Shown: positions 11,127-23,805, counted from the whole stretch's first letter. The stretch: 62,751 bases of DNA, filler included, from Collodictyon triciliatum (GCA_043381765.1; 46 parts of 46 records of this genome joined end to end with filler, not necessarily neighbours in it); one strand, 5' to 3'. The notes: a model not told the origin generated them from the sequence alone. Translations and numbers: made by a program.

Positions 11127-11810
11127 CTACATGTACCATGAGCATAAGCAAGAATACTTACTAGCTCGGATCTGCTGGAATATGGGATCCGATATGCTAG
11201 AGATAATCCTACCGCCATAGGGGATAGACACGGCGGACTCTGCATCAAACTGGCCGGAAACGGGACGACTCGATGCGTTCCTGCCTCCAAGACTCGGACT
11301 TCGAGACCCAGTGTTGAAGGAAATGGCACGTTGTCGGGAACCTCTGGGTTGCCCAAGCCGCGGAGTCAGATGAATGTTGCTTTGCGAATATTCGGTATAT
11401 CGCCGAATCACAATGCCGAGTCGGTGGTCAGATTCCGATGTGATTTGAAAGAAGGCAACATCGATGTGGAATCCTCTCTGCTCCAGGAATCGCTCATTAC
11501 GAGCTATTAGAAGTGTAAGAACTGGGCCGATGGTTTCTTGAATATAAAGCCGGCGAATGACTCGAATATGCGCGTTGATTTCGTTGATAAAGAGTGCCCA
11601 TTGTCTCTGGTCACTGCAATACAAGAAATAAATGGGGATTTGTACGATTCATTGATTGTGAATTCAATTTGAGCCTCCATGCATTGAGGCAGGTAGTTGC
11701 TTACAAACCCAATTAAGTTGCCGATAGAGCACAAAAGTTTGTCTCGCGCATCCAAAAAGTATGGGGAATGATATCCTCCATCGCCGCCTGTGAGCGATTT
11801 TACATACACA
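11127..11810 (-). CDS. Fragment of a large membrane protein of the plant At5g11700-like family
   Basis: Spliced LTGGDGGYHSPYFLDARDKLLCSIGNLIG|DQRQWALFINEINAHIRVIRR..IGPVL..ERFLEQRGFHIDVAFFQITSESDHRLGIVI parallels the recalled motif FGGDGSYMxPFxL..W..LVAGLNAQLRLVRR..GxRVDLAWFQATA.GY.Q.G. Confidence 0.65.
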
Positions 11811-12445
11811 TGTGTTAAAATTTGCTATGGTAATCACGCTTTGAAGAACAAATTGGATGTGATTTTGAAAGAAAAAATTAGATGTGATTTTGAAAGAAAA
11901 AAAGAAAGAAGTCTCGTGGATATGCTCCAAAAAACCCACCAAATAGAAATACACATGGCAATCTTATATCGTCCAAGTTTTCCTCGGCATCAAAATCCAA
12001 CAAATCAATCCACTAGGAAGGAGGAATTTTTTTTAAACTACATCAACCAACTTCATGAAACAATCAAGAGGAGTAATTCTTTCACATTCAACTTCGCTGC
12101 GATAAGTTTTATTTTTAAAACTTAAGACATTATTGACTGATTGTTTGATTGTTTGATTGTTTGATTGTTTGATTGTTTGATTGTTTGATTGTTTGATTGT
12201 TTGATTGTTTGATTGTTTGATTGTTTGATTGTTTGATTGTTTGATTNNNNNNNNNNNNNNNNNNNNNNNNNNNNNNNNNNNNNNNNNNNNTTAATTAATT
12301 AANNNNNNNNNNNNNNNNNNNNNNNNNNNNNNNNNNNNNNNNNNNNAAAAGAAAAAAAAGAAAAAAAGAAAAAAGAAAGAAAAAAAGAAAAATCATATAT
12401 GATACAAACACAAACCATCCCACCCAGTGATAAAGTAAACTCTTG

Positions 12446-13318
12446 CATAATCCCGTGGCATAATCCCGTGTCATAATCCCGTGGCATAATCCCATACCAT
12501 AATTCCGTGGCATAATCCAGTATCATAATCCCGTGGCATAATCCCGTGGCATAATCCTGTGTAATAATCCAGTGTCTTAATCCCGTGTCATAATCCCGTG
12601 TCATAATCCCGTATCATAATCCCATAGTGCCATAATCCCGTGGCATAATCCCATAGCATAATCCCGTGGCTTAATCCCGTGCCATAATCCTGTGTCATAA
12701 TCCCGTGGCATAATCCCGTGGCATAATCCCGTATCATAATCCCATAGCATAATCCCGTATCATAACCCCGCGGCATAATCTCGTGTCATAATCCCGTGGC
12801 ATAATCCCATGCCATAATCCCGTGGCATAATCCCGTATCATATCTCGTAGTGTCATAATCTCGTGGCATAATCCCGTGGCATAATCCCATGCCATAACCC
12901 CGTAGCATAATCCAGTATCATAATCTCGTGCATAATCCCGTGGCTTAATCCCGTGCCATAATCCTGTGTCATAATCCCATATCATAATCCAGTATCATAA
13001 TCTCGTGCATAATCCCGTGACATAATCCCGTAGCAAAATCCTGTGTCATAATCCAGCGTCATAATCCTGTGTCATAATCCAGTATCATAATCCCGTGTCA
13101 TAATCAGGTATCATAATCCTGTATCTTAATCCTGTATCATAATCCCGTATCATAACCCGTGGCATAATCCCGTGTCATAATCCCGTGGCATAATCCCGTG
13201 GCATAATCCCGTGTATAATCCCGTATTATAATCCCGTGGCATAATCCCGTGGAATAATCCAGTATCATAATCCCGCAGTATAATCCTGTGCATAATCCCG
13301 TAGCATAATCCCGTAGCA
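12446..13318. repeat. Degenerate 11-13-bp satellite, consensus ATAATCCCGTGGC
   Basis: About 870 bp of head-to-tail units with a near-invariant ATAATCC core and variable 3' half (CGTGGC, CGTGTC, CGTATC, AGTATC, CATAGC). Confidence 0.93.
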
Positions 13319-14622
13319 TGTCTCATCAGGAGCTGCTACATGGACATATTTATAAAAAAAAGTTCAGTACATCTTAAACTCCATTTACTTTTTTTTTTTG
13401 ATCTTTTCACCTTCCACTTTTCTTTTTCGTTATTTTCTCTTTTTAATTTCCCTTCACGCAACTCATTTTGTCTTTTGAGTTTTGCAAGAGCCCTTTTTCT
13501 CTCCCTCGCTTCTTTTCCCGTTTATCGTACTCCTCATTTAACGGCCTCTTTTTTTTTTCATATTTTTTTTATTTAATTTAATTTTGGGAATCAGCATCGT
13601 CGTCACTCATTCTACNNNNNNNNNNNNNNNNNNNNNNNNNNNNNNNNNNNNNNNNNNNNTTAATTAATTAANNNNNNNNNNNNNNNNNNNNNNNNNNNNN
13701 NNNNNNNNNNNNNNNCCACGCGGGGGAGGCTGACGCTCCACGTTCAATGATCCAAAAGCTAGAGAAGGGTTGGCACCCCTTTTTTCGCGCGCGTGATGCG
13801 CGAAGCAGCTTGAAGCAGCAGCCAGCAACCAACCAACCAAGCAGCAGTGTTTTGTCTCGACTGCCTTCCTCAAGTCATCTTTCAAGACTCACTCACACAT
13901 GTGCGAGCACACACGAGACTCGAACAGCCTTCGACTTGCTTTCGGCTGAATAATGCAGTGTTTTTACAATGACACGCACGAAGCTTCTCAAGTAAGTCTT
14001 TTCTTTCCTTTGCTTCTTCATTATGTTTTTTATTTTTCTGTCTTCAGAATTCTCTTTTTTATTTTGTTACAAATCAGACACGCACGAAGCTTTCTCACGA
14101 GTCATTTATCCCACTTTGCCACTTTTCTTTAGAATTTTGGCAAAAATTCCGCTTCATTCTGCCGCCCAAGCGCGAAGCTTCTTGTAAGTCTTACGTTATC
14201 AAATCATAATTTGTCTTGTCTTATGTTTTTTTTTGATTTCGTCGAACTTTGCCAAACTTTTTTATTTTCCAGTTATTGTGTTTTTCATGTTATTTTCAAT
14301 TAAAGTCTTCCAAATCAACCTTTTTTTCTTGCCAGCCGTCTAGTTTTCGCCGCTATCTCCGCTATCCTTACTATCGACGCTCAAAACCCCATTGCACATC
14401 CGAATCTCTGCTATTTATTTCGCAGCCGATTCGTCCCTCTTCTCTTTCCTGCTTTTCTTCCTGCCGCAACCAATGTTCTGCAACCCGTCACCTTCTCCCA
14501 TTCCCAAGCAATACGACACCAAACAAATAAACACTGCACAACCTGCTCACACAAAACTCGACTCATTCGTCTCCGGTTTCCTCAGACAGCGTCACAACCA
14601 CTTTCCGTCCCCCTCCACCGCC

Positions 14623-14984
14623 ATGGCTGATCGCGCCGCCCGTCTCGAAGAGCTGCGAGAAATCGTCGGTGACAGCAGCATCGCGGAGCTCGAAAAGCAC
14701 ACAGCGCTGTATCTCGGCTCCAAAAATCTGACTTCTGTGCCGCCCGGTGTCTGGGATCTGCCAGGCTTGGTGAAGTTGTCGCTCTATGGAAATGAGCTTT
14801 CGTCGCTGCCGCCGGAAATATCGCGGTTGACGGGACTCGAACTGCTTGAAGTTCATGTAAACCAGCTTTCGTCGCTGCCGCCGGAAATATCGTGGTTGAC
14901 GGGACTCACGTTACTTAATGTTGGTGACAACTGGCTTTCGTCGCTGCCGCCGGAAATATCGCAGTTGACGGGACTCGAACTGCT
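14623..14984 (+). CDS. Leucine-rich repeat protein (23-aa typical LRRs), 3' partial
   Basis: ATG in CCGCCATGG context; MADRAARLEELREIVG..LYLGSKNLTSVPPGVWDLPGLVKLSLYGNELSSLPPEISRLTGLELLEVHVNQLSSLPPEIS..; 69-bp units. Confidence 0.92.
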
Positions 14985-15332
14985 NNNNNNNNNNNNNNNN
15001 NNNNNNNNNNNNNNNNNNNNNNNNNNNNTTAATTAATTAANNNNNNNNNNNNNNNNNNNNNNNNNNNNNNNNNNNNNNNNNNNNGTTTATGTTTATGTTT
15101 ATGTTTATGTTTATGTTTATGTTTATGTTTATGTTTATGTTTATGTTTATGTTTATGTTTATGTTTATGTTTATGTTTATGTTTATGTTTATGTTTATGT
15201 ATCTGTTCCGAGAGTATCTCTCCTTTTTTTACTTTTTCCATTTAGGTTTTACAGAATCTAATATATTAGATAATGAAAGATATGAAAATTTCACCCATTA
15301 AGTACATAAAAAAAAATAAACATATTTCTTAC

Positions 15333-16167
15333 TTCACCAGCACTTAGGGCTAGCTCAGGTATATCCTCAATCAGCTGTTCATAAGGTCTTATTTTAACAA
15401 GTGGTGTGAGATAAGCAGATACTCCAGGCTCAATCTTGGTATGGTCAACATAGAGGAAGGCATCTGTTTGTCTCACAACTAAGTAAGAGACAACAACAGG
15501 GTTACAAGTCACATCCCAGCCCCGGATGTTGAGAATCCCTAAGTTAAGGAATATTTGAAATTTATCGTGAAAAAGGGAAACCAAAAAGATAGTCCGTATT
15601 GGATTTCAATTAGATAAATATTATATGATATATATATGTATATTAGAAAAGAAAAGAAAAGAGAATGACCCATATGACTGCTGTTGGAAATTAAAAACTA
15701 TGCAAAGAAAGTAATATTGTTTTCTTATATAATAACGGATTCAAATTTGAGATAATTACATGCAATTTGGTCAAGTGCAGTCAGAACTGTCATTTTACAT
15801 CCTTCTTGCTGGAGCGCTAATCGTAGGCGATTGAGTTTACTTTCTGCTGACTCTCCGGCGTACTTGATATCGTGAACTTGGACCTAGTCGAGTGAAATAC
15901 GTGTTTATTTAAGAAATGCAAGGTGCTTACAAGAGGTTATTATTATAATATGTAACCCTCAATATAGCCAAAAAAAAAAGTATTTGCATGATTATGATGC
16001 AAATGTTTCTGAAAAAATCAAGTTAAACTCCAAGGTAAAATTAAAAACTTTAGAATTCGGATAGGGTGGCTGTTCCTTTCCCCAAACTAGGTCCACAAGG
16101 TTTGGCTGAGGAGACTTTAGGTATTTCCCTGACCCTTGAAGTTGCTGAGCAAGCAACAGGGCAAAGT
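15333..16167 (-). CDS. XPNPEP1: Xaa-Pro aminopeptidase (aminopeptidase P), internal 3 exons
   Basis: NLVDLVWGKEQPPYPNSK|VQVHDIKYAGESAESKLNRLR..LTALDQIA|WILNIRGWDVTCNPV..YL, matching the AMPP N-terminal (creatinase_N_2) signature. Confidence 0.88.
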
Positions 16168-16606
16168 CTAGTTGTTTGTTTGTTTGTTTGTTTGTTTGTT
16201 TGTTTGTTTGTTTGTTTGTTTGTTTGTTTGTTTGTTTGTCTGTTTGTTTGTTTGTTTGTTTGTTTGTTTGTTTGTTTGTTTGTTTGTTTGTTTGTTTGTT
16301 TGTTTGTTTGTTTGTTTGTTTGTTTGTTTGTTTGTTTGTTTGTTTGTTTGTTTNNNNNNNNNNNNNNNNNNNNNNNNNNNNNNNNNNNNNNNNNNNNTTA
16401 ATTAATTAANNNNNNNNNNNNNNNNNNNNNNNNNNNNNNNNNNNNNNNNNNNNTTTGTTTGTGGTGGGTGTGAGAGGGGAGGGTGATGGGGGGTTAGACT
16501 AGAATATTGAAGCAGCGAAAGTATTTTAATTAATTTATTTCAAAAGAGAAAAATGGCTTTGAATCTAATTGAATAAATGAAGGATTGTGGTGAAAGCGCT
16601 CATAAC

Positions 16607-17560
16607 CTGTTGCAGTAGTGGGTGCAGGGATGAGAATTTGTTTTCTACTCGCTGAAATCTGGACATTCGCAGGAAGAAAGGTGAAAATTTAATGATGAAA
16701 TTAATGCGTTCATGACAAATGATATGATGTTTTAATCTGCTTCTGGATTACTCTATCGGGCACTTCAATAGGATGATGCGCGGGTTCTGTAATTCATTCT
16801 TCATTTTTTTATGGGCAACATTTTTTGAACAGACTACTCCATCAATTAAGCGGCATTCGTTTATGTGACCCCCTGGGAGTTTCTTGACCTAATGATGGTT
16901 AGGACATGTAAAAGAGACAAACATTTGCTAAAAAAAAAAATAGTACATCTCAAACAAGAAAAAAAATATAAAACAAAGATACGAACAAACCAAAAAAAAA
17001 AAAANNNNNNNNNNNNNNNNNNNNNNNNNNNNNNNNNNNNNNNNNNNNNNNNNNNNNNNNNNNNNNNNNNNNNNNNNNNNNNNNNNNNNNNNNNNNNNNN
17101 NNNNAAAAAAAAAAAAAAAAAGGTTACAAGTAAGGCAATGGCAATAGCAATATTAATAGTCATTTGGTTAGGAATAAAAATATAGATAAGGGGATTGATA
17201 ATAGCAATGATGACGATAATAAAGAAGCCGATCTGGTAGTCACCAACCTTAACGTAGTCACGAATGTCTATGGAATCACCTCTTTGGTTATCATTTAAAA
17301 TTTTCGAGTTTGCTTCATGAGCAAGCGATACGATCTTGTCTATTGTATTGCACAATTTAATTAGGATATATATATTAAAATCGAAACCATGTATCATCAC
17401 CTTTGGGCGTGATAATCAACTTACTGGTCCATCCAGAGTCTAATCCCTTGGAAGCTATAAGGGCACCGACAATGGCATGTATGTTTCTGAATGAGGAATC
17501 ACGCATGGCACGAACATCTTCCGTATCTGAATTAAGTTTGAGAAAGTCAAATAGATCTCC
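16607..17560 (-). CDS. PIKFYVE: PIKfyve/Fab1 PI3P 5-kinase, CCT/Cpn60-like domain exons
   Basis: GDSIDIRDYVK|VKKLPGGHINECRLIDGVVCSKNVAHKKMKNELQNPRIILLKCPIE|..QRVENKFSSLHPLLQQ is the Fab1 TCP-1-like domain. Confidence 0.9.
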
Positions 17561-17632
17561 CTGAGCGAAGATGAATACAATAAATTATGTTTCTTTATTT
17601 GTTTCTGTTTTTTTTGTTTTTTGTTTTTTGTT

Positions 17633-17722
<90 letters not shown>

Positions 17723-17937
17723 NNNNNNNNNNNNNNNNNNNNNNNNNNNNNNNNNNNNNNNNNNNNTTAATTAATTAANNNNNNNNNNNNNNNNNNNNNN
17801 NNNNNNNNNNNNNNNNNNNNNNTTTCAATAATGCGTCATATTTGCGTATGACCGACTGATTGACGTGTTAACTGACCTTGTAGGTCGCTCACCATAAAGA
17901 AGAGCGCCGGGGGTATTATTCCCAGGTTCAACCTTCA

Positions 17938-19090
17938 ATGCGCATGAGCCTCTCGGCCTTTCTCTGCATCATAGGGCTCTCTTTTGTTGTTTTTCCTGCA
18001 CTTCAAACCAAAGTATACAGCAATATATGGAGTCGCACGATGGAAGTGGGTTTTGAAGGAAGTCTATGGCCTGGTGGAGGGCATTATAAATCCGTCGCCA
18101 TTCACAAAGACACATTCGCTTTTGGTGTGAGAGACGACATGCCACAACCTTCCAAAGACAACAGAGGTGTCTTCGTCTACAGGTTCACAGGAATTGAGTG
18201 GGTTTACGAGGCGAAGCTGGTCACATCATCCACACAGTTGAGGGCAAAGTGTGGAGCAAGTTTGAGTGTGTATGAAGACTGGATTCTGGTTGGCTGCCCC
18301 TATGAGGTGGTGGAAAGGCCAGCCAAAGGTGCCGCCTATCTGTTCCATAGACAAAATGAAAAATGGGTTGAAGTAAAGAAGCTGATGTCATCATTTTCAC
18401 CGTCTTATGAGTTGTTTTCAATTAATCAATCTATGTTCGGGGTGTTTGCGTCCATCGGAACCCACATGACATACACATTGGAACCGACATATCCTGGCTT
18501 TATTTGCAACTACATTTTTAAGAGCGGTGAGTGGGCACCCATAGGCTGTTTGACTCCGCTGCCAAATGAAAAAGATTGTCAATTCGGCCAGTCTGTTGAA
18601 ATTAGTCATTCTTGGATGGTAATTAGTGCCCCAGGATGCTTCGCCCAAGGGTCTGTCCATGTGTACACCTTTGAACAAAACTGGCAAAAAACCCAACGCC
18701 TGACAGGAGATTCCCATTCAGTTGTGTATAACTCCTTTGGATACTTTCTCTCCTTGTCAGAACCCTTTTTGGGAGTATCGGCACCCGAACAAAAGGTCTC
18801 AGAAAGTGACACAGGAGCTATTTATATGTATACTCTGGCATCAAAGGAGTGGATAGTGCATAGTTTGATTAGACCACATGAGCACCAATCGACTCTCGGG
18901 TCGGGATATATGATTTCTCTTTCAAGATTTTACCTTGATTTGTCCGACAATAGAGAGGTAGTTTGGTCATTCAGATTTAATGGTTCGGACTGGGTTGAGT
19001 CATCGAGCACTTATGGGAAGCAGACTGTGATGGACTCAAGTTCTCGCTTCAGGTTGATAAAGTACTACGACCCAGTAGTAGCTGAAGATA
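17938..19090 (+). CDS. Secreted or membrane FG-GAP (integrin-alpha-type beta-propeller) repeat protein, 3' partial, intronless here
   Basis: N-terminal signal peptide; repeats CGASLSVYEDWILVGCP..GAAYLF, FGQSVEISHSWMVISAPG..GSVHVY, FGYFLSLSEPFLGVSAP..GAIYMY. Confidence 0.85.
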
Positions 19091-19257
19091 NNNNNNNNNN
19101 NNNNNNNNNNNNNNNNNNNNNNNNNNNNNNNNNNTTAATTAATTAANNNNNNNNNNNNNNNNNNNNNNNNNNNNNNNNNNNNNNNNNNNNTTTTTGTTTT
19201 TTGTTTTTTGTTTTTTGTTTTTTTGTTTTTTGTTTTTTGTTTTTTGTTTTTTGTTTT

Positions 19258-19515
19258 TTTTCCGGCTTCAGAATATGGTGGGTCGGGTTGGGGGAAGAAG
19301 GAAAGAACGCCGGTTTAATGATATTTTTTTCTGGAGAATGTGCCTTTTTCTCTCTCTCTCTCTCAGTGTGCTTGTTTTTCAGCAAAGGAGACTTTTTCTT
19401 AATTATTGTGTTTTTTTTTTATTATTATTGTTCTCCTAAACTCTGTATCTCTCAGTGTGATCACCTACCCATTTACATTGTGTTGTATAGAATAGATCAA
19501 TCTTTGAGAAAATTT
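19258..19515. repeat. Dispersed ~255-bp non-coding repeat, copy 1
   Basis: Colinear with 50029-50256 (cggcttcagaat..gaagaaggaaagaacgcc..aatgatatt..tgatcacc..gaatagatcaa); both preceded by T tracts. Confidence 0.8.
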
Positions 19516-20623
19516 AGCCACCGAAAACAAATGAATAAATACAAAAACATACGGTTGAAAAATATAATATTTAGTTGACACAGATTCGTAAAGCATATGT
19601 TATATGGCAGAAATAATGTATTTTCCACAATTGTTCTTAATGAGCCTTTTGCTTCGCGATCGCCCACCTGCAATCACCAACCACACAAGCATCCAGGATT
19701 CTTCCCAACGAGCGATGAAACAGGTGGGCGAGCGGGAGAGTCGAAGCGCATTGTTCCGGAGGGGTTTTCTCTGCTTTTGCTTTCCAGAGGAAACCTGTTG
19801 CCAGCTCTCCTTTCCATATTGACCTTCACTACGCCCTCGATTTTGGAAGAAAGAAAAAAAAATGAAACAATCAAGTTATATATGACAAGAATTGGAAAAG
19901 CTATGATGCAACTACTCTGATTCGCTGCTGATAAGTTTTTAAAAAGGCTGTTTGATTCGTCGAGGCCGAGATTTTGTTGCTGATGAGTTACCGCGAGGCT
20001 GAAATCCCGCTCCTTTCGATTCCTGTCAGGAGCTACGAAAGCATCGCAACGTCAAGTGAATCCATTGAACTTGAAAAAAAACTATTATATTGTATTCTAT
20101 TTGATTCTATTTGATTCTATTTGATTCTATTTGATTCTATTTGATTCTATTTAATTCTATTTAATTCTATTTGATTCTATTTGATTCTATTTGATTCTAT
20201 TTGATTGCATTTGATTCTATTTGATTGTATTGTATTCTATTGTATTGTATTCTATTGTATTGTATTCTATTGTATTGTATTCTATTGTATTGTATTCTAT
20301 TGTATTCTATTGTATTCTATTGTATTCTATTGTATTCTATTGTATTCTATTGTATTCTATTGTATTCTATTGTATTCTATTGTATTCTATTGTATTCTAT
20401 TGTATTCTATTGTATTCTATTGTATTCTATTGTATTCTATTGTATTCTATTGTATTCTNNNNNNNNNNNNNNNNNNNNNNNNNNNNNNNNNNNNNNNNNN
20501 NNTTAATTAATTAANNNNNNNNNNNNNNNNNNNNNNNNNNNNNNNNNNNNNNNNNNNNCAAGCACATCACAGAAGTAACAAATGAAAACAAAAAAAAAAA
20601 AATAATCTGGGATATATTTGTAG

Positions 20624-20955
20624 CGGCCACAAGGTGTAACGACCCTTTATTCATCGACTTTATGAGCAAGTGTCTGCGTTGGGACCCCAGAGAGCGAATG
20701 ACACCAGACGAGGCCATTCAACACGAGTGGATTCTAGAGGTAGTTGCCTTTACCTCTGCATGCTATTCCAACTATATATTCTAGTTGTTGTTTTTTTCAC
20801 CAAGTCTGTCTACAAGCTATACATCCATGTTAATCATGATTCCCATTACCACTGCAGGGCCAAGATAACGTGCGCTCTAGTCGTAGCATGAAAACGACAA
20901 CGGGAGGAGGACTGTCATTGTAACTGCTTTTTTTTTATGTTTTTTTTTTTTCTTT

Positions 20956-20996
<41 letters not shown>

Positions 20997-21253
20997 TTAT
21001 TTGTTATTTGTTTTATTTCAGCTCAAAAAACTCGTAATGCTGTGATGAGACTGCCATACGAACCGCACATCCATTGCCTACTTCCATCAGAACGTCGACC
21101 CGGCAAGATGGACGAGGATTTAAAGTCAAAGGCAGTGCGCCCGAGGCTACCGCTTTGACTGCAACAACAGATGCTGCTGAAGGATTTCCAGACTCTAAGC
21201 CACACCTGCCACCTATTGACAAGTCTACAAAGAAAAAAGAATCGGGTTACTGA
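20624..21253 (+). CDS. DYRK-family (DYRK2-like) kinase, C-terminal exons
   Basis: CNDPLFIDFMSKCLRWDPRERMTPDEAIQHEWI (subdomain XI, DYRK2-like) then a low-complexity tail ending HLPPIDKSTKKKESGY*; last acceptor inferred at ~21090. Confidence 0.75.
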
Positions 21254-22214
21254 CCTTCTGCAACCCCACCCGCACTCAGTAGTCGTCAGCGGCTCTCCCT
21301 ATTTGTGGCTCGATGGTCGTTGACCCTCCAATCGCCATCTTGCTCCAGCACATTAACCATATCTCATACCAGAAAAAGCCTTTTGGTGAGAATAAAGCTA
21401 ATACTCCCCATCACCCGATGCCTTGTGGTTGGTAGTGTATTTGCCATGTATATTGTTAGTCAGGTCGTATAGTAGTCTGTTCTGTCCGTTTACTTATCTA
21501 CTCTTTGTTCTTTTTTTTTTTTCATATACTTTTATTCTAACCCACGGAGGGAAAATACGTGTTGTCTCGAGCAGAAAGTGGTTTGGCTTCTGCGCAGGAC
21601 TGAGCAACACAGGGGGACGCGCTCTCCAATTGCTTAGGCGAAGCTCCAGACGCGGACGTAATCAATCTGAAGGGCCGAGGACTCTCCACGCCAAGTGGGG
21701 TACCTATACTCCGATGCGAGCCAGTCAGTCATGTGAAGAGGAATCTGGAGGAAGGTGGGCCAGCAATAGTAATTGGACAAGAGGAGAAGGGCAAGAGAGA
21801 AAAGGGGATTCATACCATTGGGGCTCNNNNNNNNNNNNNNNNNNNNNNNNNNNNNNNNNNNNNNNNNNNNTTAATTAATTAANNNNNNNNNNNNNNNNNN
21901 NNNNNNNNNNNNNNNNNNNNNNNNNNAAGGCAGCGAACGTGCTGGAACGGCAGCTACAAAAGTTGGAGAAAAACACGTCGAAAAAGACTCGACAGCAAAA
22001 ACTCAAGTCCCTTTACTAATACTTTTCGGCTGTTTTGCGTATTGTGCCAGAATAAACAGAGGCATGTAGAAGAAATGTTGTGAATGCTTAACTAATGCCT
22101 CACGGGATGTGAGGCCATCGCAAAATATGTCTTTCGGGCAACCCCATAAATGGGACACTATTGTGGGTGGTGGAGAGAATATTGATATCTTTTTTTATTA
22201 GTAATTTTTTGTCT

Positions 22215-23178
22215 TCAGTCTCTTTTCCTTTGCCTTGATATCTGACGAACATTCTCAAGCTCTGATAGTGATGAATCAGGCGAACGGAGTGACTCAAGGG
22301 CTAAGGGAGTGGCGCGCGTGTTCTGGACCTCCGAGTTGGATGACGAGTGATTTCCGATGCTTTCATTTGTTTGCTTATCAGCATAAGTAACCACGACTTC
22401 GCTATGTTCACGCTTATAACTCTTAGAAGTGTCTTTGCTGGTGGTGATGAACCCTCCCACTTGTTGGTGATAAGGTCCAAAGACACCAGCGCCAGTGTCT
22501 TCGATTTGACCAGTGCTGTTGTCAATGTTTTGTTCACATGGGGCTTGAGTAAGGTTTGTTTGAGATCTTTTGGATTCCGATTGAAATGCAACTTTTTGAT
22601 GCTCTGTCGCATGGTTTTGCGATAATTTTGATGAATCATAATTGATTTCGTCGGTGGCCAGCTTTTCGCCAGGCCGTTGTATTACTTGGCAGGATGTTTC
22701 TGCTTCTATCTCATGTAGGTGTGGTGAAGCAGATGTCTTGATTTCATTATTTTCTCTTCGCTTCAAAAGATAGCTGCTTTCGTTTGCGTAATGTGTTTCT
22801 TTTAGTTTGTAATGGCCGAATGAAACTTGTTTGGGAATCAAAGGGCGCGCTGCCAATCGGAAACGGGTTTTAAAAAAAATTATAAAGGAATTCATAGTGG
22901 GTGACACAGTTAATACGCATTTTCCTTGGTTTAGAAAAATCAAAAGTATTTGTATTTGTATTTTATTATGTTAAGTGTATTTTACCTCTTGGTGAATTGT
23001 GCCTACTCACACTGATATGCTCATCCTCGTCTACAACCTCATCCATCGGGTTAGACTCGTTCACAAGGTGAATACCCAAGGATTTGAAGTCTTCAAAGTC
23101 TTCCATCATAAGTATCCCGCTTTCAATCAAAAATTCCTTCAATTTGTGAGATTGGTCCGCCACTGAGGCAGGAATCAT
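22215..23178 (-). CDS. Hypothetical low-complexity protein fragment, probably two exons
   Basis: 242-aa and 70-aa ORFs on the same strand separated by an AT-rich GT-starting segment; no family recognised. Confidence 0.4.
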
Positions 23179-23763
23179 TCTTAGAATTTTATTTNNNNNN
23201 NNNNNNNNNNNNNNNNNNNNNNNNNNNNNNNNNNNNNNTTAATTAATTAANNNNNNNNNNNNNNNNNNNNNNNNNNNNNNNNNNNNNNNNNNNNATCCAT
23301 ACTCCGGTTAAGCAAAGTCCACTGCCGGCTACGCATGGTCCCGAAACCAGGGGACGGTCAAGCGCCACTTCCGATAATACCAGACAAACAACGATGTATC
23401 GCTTTTTTGTCTGAGTCGCCCAGCAAGAAACGCAAGGAAAGTGACCCGTTGCCCCCTCAAAAGACTCATCCTGTGGAATGAAATAGGATGTAAATCTTGT
23501 CTGAGATAGACGGTTGAAAGGACTCGTCGGAATCGATTTGAGAAGTAGCTGCCATGTGCGTACTTTCATCGACCCGACAACCTTATCCGCTCTTCTGTCA
23601 GTATCGAATACAACCAGAAATCGCGTTGGAGCTGAATCACCTCGGGTAGAATATTCTGCGTGTGAAAACACTTTCTTTTTTTCTTTTTTCTTGTTTTCTT
23701 TTTTTCTTTTTTTTTTCTTTTTTTCTTTTTTTCTTTTTTTCTTTTTTTCTTTTTTTCTTTTTT

Positions 23764-23805
23764 TGATATCAATATATACTTAATATCAAGTATATATTGA
23801 TATCA
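23764..23805. repeat. Perfect 18-bp inverted repeat with 6-nt loop
   Basis: tgatatcaatatatactt-aatatc-aagtatatattgatatca. Confidence 0.95.

Noticed and set aside
21020-21095. Stop-codon readthrough in the DYRK tail (TAA at ~21035)
   Set aside because: A downstream acceptor (cctacttccatcag, ~21090) restores the frame without readthrough.
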